Source of the DNA: Dicyema japonicum
Taxonomy: Eukaryota > Animalia > Dicyemida
Assembly (NCBI GenBank): GCA_011109175.1
Contig: RDEW01000009.1
Coordinates: forward strand, 1,167,652 to 1,231,651
Length of the DNA stretch: 64,000 nt
Direction of reading: 5' to 3'
Part shown: in pieces, positions 24,291 to 35,089 of the stretch
Position numbering within the stretch: position 1 is the first letter of the stretch
How the letters are laid out: each line of letters begins with the position of its first letter
Program-made: the position numbers and the translations under genes
The notes under the pieces: generated by a model
Told to the model about the DNA's origin: nothing
The model's database searches: none
Seen by the model: only the letters and a program-made list of their open reading frames with translations

Positions 24291-24375
24291 AGCCGGGTGG
24301 CATAGTGGTTAGGTGTCGGGCTTAAGTGGTTTGCTTTTGCATGATTTTGGCGTTAAAGAGAGAGTTGATTAATGT
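24291..24375 (+). other. Truncated tRNA-SINE head fused to a 47-bp perfect copy of septin coding sequence
   Basis: 24296-24328 matches the SINE heads at 13608 and 34005; 24329-24375 is identical to 17790-17836. Confidence 0.85.
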
Positions 24376-24487
24376 TGTCAGGGCCAGCAGCTCTATTGTT
24401 GTTTAATTTGTCCAGGGATTTTTTGTTTCCACCATCTCAAAATTAATTTTAAATTTTATTAGAGTTGTTAAATTAATCATATTATTA

Positions 24488-26913
24488 TTAATCGATTTGT
24501 TCATTTTTGGCGAGTAAATATTCAGCCTATATTAATGTCTTAAAATACTAGTAATCAATAGGATCATCTGGTCTCAGTTTACAGCAGTTTATGAGTCCCT
24601 CGGTCAGTGTGGGCATCACATGGGTCATCAGATAGTTTCTTAAGGGAATAGATCGTGTTTGGATTAACTCTCTTTCTTCCATTCTCAGGTCGTCCAATTT
24701 TTTGTTCTATTTTCTTAGACAAGTCGTTTTACCCATTCTGCAATCTTTCTGCTTCTTTCTGTGGCTTCCTCCATTTGCTGAGCCTTGAGTTGAGATAGCA
24801 GCTTCTCGTCGTTCTTTTGTTTCTCCATCGCAGCTTCAATTTGCTGTCTCTCAATTTCCCTTTTTGTCGGGCCTGGTCTTAGCGGTTATAGCTTACCGTA
24901 ATTCCTCGGTTTTCCAATCAGGTTTACCACTTTCTGAAAGAGATCATCAGGCGAGCTCATTCCGTGGGTTGAGATGTCTAAATAAAGAGATGTCTAACCA
25001 AAGACGGAGGGGATAATGTCCCAATCCTCAAAAAACGTACTCACGGAATGATCAATTGTATTTACGCTCCTGTAAAGGTTCAGTCTCCTGATAAAGTCTT
25101 CTTCGTTGAAATGTGTCCCGGTCACAACGGATTCTGGAAGATTCATAATTCGGTCCTTCAAAATTTCATCCCCGCCATCCAGTTGGATCACAAACTCAGG
25201 GATCATGACATTTTTTTGAGGATCGTTTGATTCCTCCTCATTTTCTTGATCTATTTCCGTGAATTTGACAAAGAACCTCCAAAAAGAAGTTGAGCCTGCT
25301 CTACAGTTTTGGGGAATCCGTCAATTATGAATCCCTGGTTTACATTTGACGGACTTTTCAGTCGCCGTTTGTAAAGGTTTATTAAGATCTCGTCGCTAAA
25401 TCGATTGCTTTCCTGAAGTGACTCTGAGATCTCTTCCATAAGTTTTGTAACGTCAGATTCTTCTTCTTCCTCTTCTTCTTCTTCTTTTTCGTCGCTTCCC
25501 TTGGATAACAACGTTTTCTGAGACAAATAGACAAAAGGAGTACCATCGACTCAATTTCCTGTTCTATCACTTCATTGACGATGAGGTGGTTTACTTTATA
25601 ATGTGAGGACAACTTCCTCGCCAAAGTAGTCTTCCCAACTCCCGGAGGTCCCAAAATGACAATTTTTAGTGGCTGTAATGTTTCAGCTACTAATTACCAA
25701 GAGCCCGTTTGTTCGACGGTATTCCTCAGCCACGAGATCGATGTGTTCGATTATCCCCGAGGTAGCCTTCCAAGAAAAGTTCATTGACTCTTTGACATAG
25801 TAAGCGTCGATTCTTAGATCCACCGTCAATAAATCGTAGTTCCATTGCTATAAGTAAATTATCAGGGATCACTTTGAGTTCTTCGTCGAGCAATGCTTCT
25901 TCTTTACTGATATATTCAGTTTTTCCTCTCCCAAACTTTTTTCCTATGCACTTTAGGGTGGATTCTAGCGTGGTGAGTGACTCATCCACAGCCACGATGT
26001 ATTTCTGTTTAGGTGGTTTATCGATTATATTTAAAACGACACTAAATTAAACTTCTATCGACTTTGCCAAATCCATCACGTGGATTGTCGCTAAAATATT
26101 TTGCCCGTCTCCCAAAATTGTGAGCGGAATGTTGTTCCAAGCTCTCTTTAAGTTCACTTGACTTTAAGATACCTTGAAGAATAAATGAAACACGTGTTCT
26201 CCACAGCCGTAGGCCAGTCCACTAGCGATAACATAAGTTGAGAATTTTTTAGTCTAAATAATAAAAATTTGCATTTTACATTTTTTCCGAGTTTTAAAAT
26301 TGTTTTTTCTGTGATTAAATGTTTTTTGAAGTTGAAGTGAGCCTGTCTCCGCCGATATTCTTCCTCAGTGAATGAGAGTTCGGGATCTTCCTGTAAAGTC
26401 AGTAGATATGACTACGGGATCCAGTGACTTTGTCCGAGCCCAAGTCATCACCGTGGAAATCAAAATGAAGACTTTGGCCGAATCGACTTTATCCAAGTTG
26501 GCTTCGATGTCTGACATAAAAATAGAATTTAACATTGGGCGACTTCTATGGCCTCGTCGATCGCTTCAGGGGACTCTGAAATGTCGTATACAATAAAGTC
26601 ACAGTCCAGGACATTCTCTAGGAATTCTGACCTTTTTTGTTTCTGGCAATCAAAAAGTGACACGTGCCTTAAAATATTCTGAAATTGATATATTTTTGTT
26701 TAGTTTTTCATCCGAGGTGCAGATTTTATAACACATTTCCTCGTTGTTAGGAACCTCTTCGACTTGGTTTTCTTCATCCTCTTCGATTTGGTTCTCAGAC
26801 TGTCCTGGGACTGATTCTGACAGGAACTGAAATATATTAGCCTTCTCTACCTTTGTAATATTTTTTCCGACATATGATGTTACATCATTTACAAAAATTC
26901 TTGGAGTAGCCAT
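24488..26913 (-). CDS. AK7: Adenylate kinase 7 (ciliary), multi-exon, with C-terminal DPY-30 domain
   Basis: N-terminal [15 protein letters not shown]; [16 protein letters not shown]; [11 protein letters not shown]; [39 protein letters not shown]. Confidence 0.92.
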
Positions 26914-27200
26914 TTTACAGATATTACTTAGAAACTGGGTTTTATTTTCTATTAAAAATTAATTTATTCTTAATTATTAATTTTATAATATTTAATATTG
27001 TTCTTTACAGACTTCATAATGAAATACGTCCCCTGTATACCAATTTATCGAGCCTACTATCAGTTATTTTTGTGCCGCGTTGAGAAGATTAATTGTACTC
27101 AGTCCAAAGCTGTCAAGACCATTTATCGACTCTCAGGGGTTATGACAAATGCAACCCCTTTTGAGGACCAATAATTATAACAAATGTCCATAAACTTCAT

Positions 27201-27395
27201 TTAATTGAATATCACTATGCGGTTAATTGTGTAATCGCAGCATTCCAATGTTTCACTTAATGCAATTTTAACATTATTGTTGAGGGAATGTTTAGCATCA
27301 CAAACTAAAACTCCATCATACTCAATTTTGTTAAAAATTTGTTCAAAATTATTGAAATAATATTTTCTTAAACCAACTTCATCTGCATAAATTAA
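27201..27395 (-). mobile_element. Decayed Tc1/IS630-like DDE transposase fragment
   Basis: YLIYADEVG and DGVLVCDAKHS resemble the first and second catalytic Asp motifs. Confidence 0.35.
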
Positions 27396-27399
27396 ATAA

Positions 27400-28030
27400 T
27401 AATCGCCATTGCGTGACTCACGCTCGCAACAGAGATCAACTGGAGAAGCCACCGAGTCTCACGTGCATCGTGGCTTTCTAGTGAAGCTAAGAGTCTGAGT
27501 TTTTTAGGAAACGAAACGATTTCCCCCTTATTCTCCCTGTTGTCTTAACTAAGATGGGACAGAACGTGAATCGATCGTGCAACGCTTCGTATTTTTTCTT
27601 CTTTTTTTTCATTGTTTTTTCCGCGGCATACAGTGTGTCTATCGCGCTCCCGACAATATTGGATGGGCAAAGGGGACGACGCACGTAGCATCCCATACCA
27701 AAATCTTTCCCTCCTCAAATAGGAAAATATTGATTCCGTCTCCTCTGTTCAGGCCAACAAATTCAAGTATGGAAGGGTATCCAGCAGGCCCAGGGCTCGC
27801 TTAACAATTCCGTTGATCGCCTTATGTCTTGGGTATCGTCTGCACTTCTTTGGCAAGAAAGGGCATGATTTCAATAACAGTCGACGGTACCACCACACCG
27901 ACACTTGTGAGTCTGGCAAATCTTCAGTCCAAGTCTGATGGAGATACAGTATCGTCATCAAGGTGGGTCCCGACTCTACCTACCGGAAAGGCATTGATAA
28001 AAGCGCACTCCATTCGCATCTTCAAGTGAC
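27400..28030 (-). mobile_element. CRE-like RLE retrotransposon 3' fragment
   Basis: RHKAINGIVKRALG; KKKYEALHDRFTFCPILVKTTG; WLLQLISVA terminus. Confidence 0.75.
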
Positions 28031-28079
28031 TAGACAGGCACGTCAATGTTAGTTTGATTGGTTCAGAAGCCTCTCATTT

Positions 28080-28620
28080 ATTTTCGCATATAAACCTGTA
28101 ACGGTCTTGTGCTCGGTGAGTTTTGAGTTGACATATTTTGTAACCAATTTATACAATATATGCCTTTGTCCTCATTGGTAAGGTTCCAATAGAACCTACG
28201 ACGATTTACTTCAAACGAAAAATTATCACTCAACACATACAGATTTCGCTCACTGAGTTCTTCGGAAACCATCTTCTACATTCATCCCTTCCTTCTCTAC
28301 CTTAAACAGTTTCTTGACATTGGATATGCTTTAATTATTGGAGAAGCGGGAATTGGAATCAGCAATAACTTGCCATCCTCCACTAGGGATCCTTCCAAAC
28401 CTGACTTCGGAACATTTAACAGCTTCAGTCACCTACTCGCATTTGTCTGATTGGTCAACACTAGCGATCACAGCCTTAAGAGGAAAGAGATGATTAGACA
28501 CAAGTCGTCATTCAATGTCCTAACAAATCTCACAGGTTTCACGCAGTTCTGGAGTCAGTCGTCCACTTTAAGAGGTGAAGGGCCACCAGAATTTGCTTTT
28601 GCGAAAACTGACATAAAAGG
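28080..28620 (-). mobile_element. Decayed LTR-retrotransposon-type integrase fragment
   Basis: KFWWP...TCEIC zinc-finger-like motif; multiple stops. Confidence 0.35.
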
Positions 28621-28789
28621 TGCCACATGAAATTCAGAAATCTAATAAAAGTAAGTTAATAAAAAGTTGATTATAATCCATCGATTGGGAATTAATATAA
28701 ATCTTATACTATAATTACAATCTGATATATTCATACATATCAGACAATTTAATCTAACCAATTTTATTTATCCGCAAATTAGTCAAAAT

Positions 28790-29577
28790 TTAGTTGGAAT
28801 ACTCATTCAGACTCTCTTTCCACGTCTATAATTAGATGGATAAATACATCAACATTTTCTCTTAGCAACTTTAAAATGAGAATAGAGTCTTCATTAGAGG
28901 TCTCCCCTTTATGGTCTAAAGCCTCCTCGGCAAGTTCTATGGCTTTCATCGGAGTGTTTTTGATTTCAAAGTAAAAGACTGCGAAATTTAGAATAGCTCC
29001 CAGTCTTTGAGGATTTGTATCATCGAGGAATTTGACGGCCAGGTTGTATCCTTCATTGTAGTGTTTAAATGACTGGTTAATGAATTCTAAATTACTCAAA
29101 TCGAGGACCTTGTCTGAGATTGTTATCATCAGTGACTTCAGTCTTATAGCGGAGATAATCAGCAATTGTCTTGTAGAAGTGAACCTTGCTTTCTGCACTA
29201 TCACCCTCTCTCTCAATATAGGGGATAATGAGGGACTGAAATATTAGATAGATTTAATACAATGACGTCATCAGATATTTGATAAACTTTGTTTCTTTCT
29301 TCACAGATCATCTCATTAATAACAGAGAGGATCAAATCATCAATGCCAATGCTGTTTCTCTTTATAGCTGATAACAATCTAAATGAGGACGATGAGCCCA
29401 GATCTTGGATTTGAAGGCAACGGAGATCATATTCTTTTCGTCCTCGTTCAGTTGATAAGAATCTTCAAGTCTCACCAACTCTTTAACAGATTCCACCATT
29501 TTTGTATAATCCTCAATCTGTTCCAAAATGAGGATTTTTATTATAAGGGATTCTTTTACCATATTATCTTCTTTCAT
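28790..29577 (-). CDS. Highly divergent 14-3-3 protein (3 tiny introns, one apparent 1-bp frameshift)
   Basis: EQIEDYTKMVESVK, AESKVHFYKTIADYLRY, TNPQRLGAILNFAVFYFEI, DSILILKLLRENVDTW. Confidence 0.85.
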
Positions 29578-29689
29578 TGTATACTCAGAAATTTGAAGAT
29601 TAATAATTTTATATATTATTTGAAAATTATTATTTTAATTTTATCTTTTATTTAACAAACAATAAAAAAATTAATATATTTAATAATCA

Positions 29690-30005
29690 ACAACCTTCCT
29701 CGCCTGCCTGTTCGCCAGCCTCCTCAGGCAGGTTCGATTCTGGTTAATGAAACAACTCCGAGAGCGCCTTGTCCAATTGAACCCTCTGCCCATATGGCAT
29801 CTCAGGGCTCTGCCTCCTATACTCCAGTATCAGGCTCTCTAGGGTCCGCTTTAACACAGTGGACTGTAAATAGGCCTAGAGCTTCCTATCTACCCCCAAC
29901 TGCTTCAGATAACACTTGTGGTACTTTGTTGCATTTCCTTCCCACGTCATTACTATAGGAATAACGAGGACCTTGCAACCAAGCATCTACCCCATCTCGT
30001 TTGCA
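29690..30005 (-). mobile_element. RLE non-LTR retrotransposon 3' end
   Basis: LANEMG*MLGCKVLVIPIVMTWEGNATKYHKCYLKQLG...LQSTVLKRTLESLILEYRR. Confidence 0.7.
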
Positions 30006-30106
30006 AGAAAGTCATATTTTAATTTATATTTTAAAGTATTTTTAATTTATTTATATTTTATTTTAAATTTGCATATTTTATTTCCAGCGCATGGGAATAA
30101 AAATTT

Positions 30107-32870
30107 AGCGTGGCGTCATGTGACTCACCGGATGCAACAACTCTGGAGCATGCTCCTAAAGCATTTCCAAAAAGAGCCATTAGCTCTCTTCCACCGGGGG
30201 CACATGTCGCCGATCGACGGATTACTGGTCTGGCTACAGCTTCTCGGATTTGCAACCTACAAAACTCAAAGGACCGGATATCCATTATACAACTGAATGT
30301 GAACGGAATAAAAGGCAAAATTATTGAACTTAGAACTCTGATTGTTAAACTTAAAGCTGACATCGTGTTCATCCAAGAATCGAAGCTATCAGCAAAAGAT
30401 ACTACGCCCCTCATTCCCGGATACAACATAATACGTGATTGCACTAAGAAACGTAGAAGAGGACTGCTTACATTAATCAGAAAAGGCTTAAAGTTTGAGG
30501 ACCATACACTCGAAGTGAATAAACTCTTGGGAAGTGATGAAACCACGGAGACAATCGGAGTATCTGTTGGCACAACAAAAGGAAGACTATATTTTATAAA
30601 CATGTATATTCCGTCTCCGGGCTCATGTCCGAAACATTACACTATGCCGGACTTATCAGCACTGGAGATTTGGAACGAAGTCATGATATGCGGCGATTTG
30701 AATGCTGAACACCCTCTCTGACTCTTAAATCAGTTTGCAGATATAAGAGGAAATTTGCTGTTGACACAGTCTGGCAATCTGACTATCATCAATTACCAAT
30801 CAAAAAGCACAAGAACACCTCAAAAGAACTCTGACAATCCAACCTCCCCAGATATCACACTCTGTTCACCACAGCTTTCAACAACGATTAATTGGTCCGT
30901 CATCTACGACACCCGAAGTGATCATAACCCTATTCTGCTAAAAATCAAAAGCGAAATTACCAGTGGAAAAAGAAACCTGCATATACAATCTTGCAAATTG
31001 GCAATTATTCCGATCAGTTACGGACCAACATTTGGCTAATATACAGCTGGAAAACTTTACCTCCCTTGATATAGTGGTGCCTACGTCAACAAAGTCATCC
31101 TGGAAGCAAGACAATGGCTGTTCCTAAAAGATATGTCGTTTACACGAGAGAGGAAGGAAGGCTCTGGTCAAGGAACGAAACCGTTTCAAAAAAGTAGGGA
31201 TCCGTTCCTCCGAAGTAAGGATCCGTATATAAGTGCTGAACGAGGAAATAAAAGCCAATGAATTCAAAATTCAAATAGCTAAATGGAAGATGGTCCTTAC
31301 GTCATTAAATCGTAACCGGTTAAAATCCGAAGTCTGGAAGACTATTCGAAATATCTCGAAGGTGGATGAGAGGACACCCGGAAATGACGAATTCAGCCAA
31401 AAGGACCTAAACGCCCTAAAATAAATCGAAAATCTCTCACAAAAACTACATGAGGACTGACCCACCCAAACCGCCGCTAAGAAAACCTAAAATGGATCAA
31501 TTAACTTATTTCACGGAAAAGGAGGTAATGACATCCTTAAGCCAAACAAAAGTAACACATTCTCATGGTCCAGACGGAAATCCCATAATTCTCATGAAAA
31601 TCCTAGGCAATGAGGAATCGGTACCTGACCAAAATCTACAACTGGTGGATTAATTATAATTCAATCCCAACCATGTAGAAACTTGCAAACATTCGCCCAG
31701 TATTGAAGCCAGGAAAACCGAAAGAAGACCCTGCTTCCTTCAGGCCTATTTCTCTCTTATGCTCCATGTCAAAAATTCTGGAAAAGCTTATCCTCGCAAA
31801 AATCTCTGAAAGGACTCCGATAAACCATTCCAGCATGGTTTCAAAAAGGATCGGTCCACAACGAGCTTCCTCACATCCCTGACAAACTTTATTCGCTCTG
31901 GATTTCTGTGCAAGCCAAGACACCAGAATACTGTGTTATACTCACTCCACAAAGCGTTCGACTTTGTGCCGAGGAAGAACCCAACATGGAAAATTTACCA
32001 ATCAGATATCCCTGAAAACCTCAAACGCTGGCTGATGAACATCCTTAGCGACGAAGAGGTAGAGTGTGCATTGGAAACATTCATTCTGTCTCCCGTTTAT
32101 TCCCAAATGGAGTACCCAGGGCTCGCCTCTATCACCATTACTATTCAACTGTTTACGCTGACATTCCGACGCCGAATGGAGAAGACGACTTGCTTCTGGT
32201 TTATGCAGACGATATCGTCTTAGCCTCACGGGATCAGAACACCCAAACAGCGACGGAAAAAATACAACAGCACATAGATCGACTACTCGAGTGGTTTAAT
32301 GAAAATCGGATGTCAATCAATACCGAAAAATCTGTTACAACTCTCTATACCTCGGACGAAAGATTGTCGAACTGGACAGTAGAAGTTACTGTGGAGGGAA
32401 GAGAATTGCCGTTCAGCAAATTGCAAAAAATATTAGGTCTGACTTTCAATACGCACATGAACTTTTCGAAACACGTCACTAACGTGCTGAACAAATGTGA
32501 GAAGAAAATCAACCTTTTGAAATGCCTAACAAGTCTATGGAAAATAGGACATCACCTATACTTAAAACGCTCTACTCACAGTAAATCGAACCATGCATTT
32601 CATATGCGTTTACTTTATGGGGACCACTGGCCTATTATACGAACATCCAGAAAATCTCCGCAACCCAGAAAAGTGCCTTCAAACAAACGGAGAGATAGTA
32701 CACAGGGAGAACATTGAATCACCGACGCCCATGGAGAAACTAATAAAAAAAACAAAAAGGACACCAATGCCAAAAAGAAAGTGCTCGTCCGCAACGAACT
32801 TGTGTAGGCTCAAGGATCAACACCGAAAAGATGAGAGCCTTGATCCAAATCGTCGGGATCACTTAGTTTA
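30107..32870 (+). mobile_element. Near full-length single-ORF APE+RT LINE (Ingi/Vingi-like), frameshifted
   Basis: IIQLNVNG, IQESKL, CGDLNAEH, PDITL, SDHNP; RT motifs RPISLL, QHGF, KAFD, VPxG, YADD; terminus ...IVGIT*; about 2.76 kb; no RNase H seen. Confidence 0.88.
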
Positions 32871-32914
32871 GTTTTTTTCGGTTTAACAGTGGTCTTTGGA
32901 ATTGATTTAATTTA

Positions 32915-33240
32915 ATGGCGCAGTGTGACGGTTGCCGGCAAGAGGCCTGAAGGTCGCTAGTTCGAATCCTGATATTGCACATTTCGGTTGAAGGTTCCAC
33001 ACATCAATATGATATGGCTTTACGAGTGACCCCGTCATCAGTGAACATTTCTCTGCGGAACCGGATCGTCTATAAAAAACATACACCCAAGAAAAAGAAA
33101 ACAAAGAAGTGAAGAGAATTCCTTGATCCTCCCTCGATTAGCTATAATAACTGTTCTTTGCTTAAAACAAAGTGTGCGTTCTGCCTGAGGGGAGCGATAA
33201 CTGATATGGCTCTTCGGAAAGTGCGAAGTGCATGTTGCAT
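32915..33240 (+). mobile_element. tRNA-headed SINE (second head type) immediately after the LINE 3' end
   Basis: A-box TGGCGCAGTG and B-box AGTTCGAATCC; body shared with 13605. Confidence 0.75.
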
Positions 33241-33994
33241 ATGGGGTTTATTTATTTTTTGGACAAATGTTTTGAAGATCGAAGCTAGCTAAAAAAGAGC
33301 TGCTAAAGTTACGGAACGATGGACCTCAGGAAAGTCACAGTCTCCAATACCTCTTGTATCCTTAATACAAAAGAACCGAGGAACGTGCCGTTGTGACTAC
33401 GAAGATCCAGTTATTCGGCCGATACGTGCTTGTGTGATGTCGAGGGAGGAGCATCGGCCCAGGTCTCTGTTAGAGCGTCCTGGGTTCACACGATTATGTA
33501 GTATGGTGTTACCGTGGTCTTTGGTATCATTATCTTAAAAAATGTTATGATATCATTTGTGGTGATGTTTGAAAAGAGAGAATCATGTCAATCAGCAATC
33601 TCCATATCCTTCGACTAGAATAGACCGATGAGGACCCCATATACCTATGCCGGGACATTAAAATAAACACATGACCTCTGAAAATTGTGCGACTATCAGT
33701 GGAGTCATGAATAAAATTATTGAACAAATGAACTTAATAAAAAAAATGATGTCTTATTTTTAGAGAGTACAAACTCGGAAACATAACACAAAAAGACTAT
33801 ACCACTATCAAGTTGTCAACATGGATTTCGGCCAGCCACTTCACTAATACTCATCTTATTCCCTCACTCAGTTTATTGTGGAAGGATTCAACATAATGAG
33901 ACCGCATCAAATATCACTCTATGTAAACAATGCATTCGACTAGGTATAAAGAAATGCCTTCAAAAAGAATATTGGACAAATGTTTTGTCACATG

Positions 33995-34072
33995 GGTGGC
34001 TTAATGCATAGTGGTTAGGTGTCGGGCTTAAGTGGCTTAGGCTACGGGTTCGAATCTCGCTGCTGTTCACCC
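33995..34072 (+). mobile_element. tRNA-derived SINE head
   Basis: GCATAGTGGTTAGG...GGGTTCGAATCTCGCTGCTGTTCACC, near-identical to the 13608 head. Confidence 0.7.
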
Positions 34073-34729
34073 GACAACTAGAACTCCGTGAAAAATATGG
34101 GACGGTTTTTTTCGTAGTATATATCTGACCTATAAATCACTAATACCTTCGGAATATGAAAAGAATGAATCTTTGACGTTGATTCCTACAGATATTGGAC
34201 CAACCTCAGCCACAACAACCATCAAATCAGTCTCGTTTTGAATCTTTATACTTGTGTATCCGTTCAATTTCAATGTGAATGTTTATAATTGCATTGATCA
34301 GACTATGAGTTTGACACACCTGTCATAAAGTGTCTTCTTTATTTAAAAGTCTGAAATCATAAATCATACGACCATATCAGTAAACTGATATAAATTTTAT
34401 AAAAAACTTAAATAAAAAAATAATGTTTATTTCAAGATAAAATCATCATATATGACAGATAAAAATAATTTCAAGAAAAAACATCTTAAATAAAGTGTGT
34501 TTCCTGCCTATGCGGAGCTATAAATATTATAGCTCTCGTGAAAAGACTGTTATTATATATGACAGGGAAGCGTCTAAAGAATTAATGGTTTTTTAATGAA
34601 AAAAATTATTTTTAAGCAAATTACATTTTTAATTGTTAAAAAATTATTTTGTTTAAAAAAAAGAAAAAAAAAGAAAGCAAATTAAAGAATAAATAATGAT
34701 TAAACTATCAGACAGTTTATCAAAACTTA

Positions 34730-35040
34730 GAAAGATAGGCAAATTAAGGACAATGCATAAATTTTCGCTGCAGTCCGAGGAAAGAAAAAAGCGACAGTAC
34801 ATGTTATGGATGGGAAGGGGAAACTTATCAAAAAAACAGACGAACAGATAGAATTGATTGTTTCACATTTTGAATAACTGCTCTATGCGAAGATCATGAA
34901 ATGGCTCCTTTCAATTAAGAGCCAAGGATGCTGGAAAACAATTATAACATCTAAGGAATTTGAGAGTGCGTGCAGAGAGCTAAAGAATCACAGGAGTGCT
35001 GGACCTGATAGTACCTCCCACGAACTGATGAAATATGGAC
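34730..35040 (+). mobile_element. LINE RT N-terminal fragment (RTE-like)
   Basis: EFESACRELKNHRSAGPDSTSHELMKYG. Confidence 0.55.
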
Positions 35041-35089
35041 TTGTCGTTCGACATTCCTTACCCTTATACGACCTTCAGAAAGGTGACCT

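Noticed and set aside
33995-34072. Functional tRNA-Leu(AAG) gene
   Set aside because: The cloverleaf is imperfect, there is extra sequence after the T-arm, and identical heads lead into SINE bodies elsewhere.
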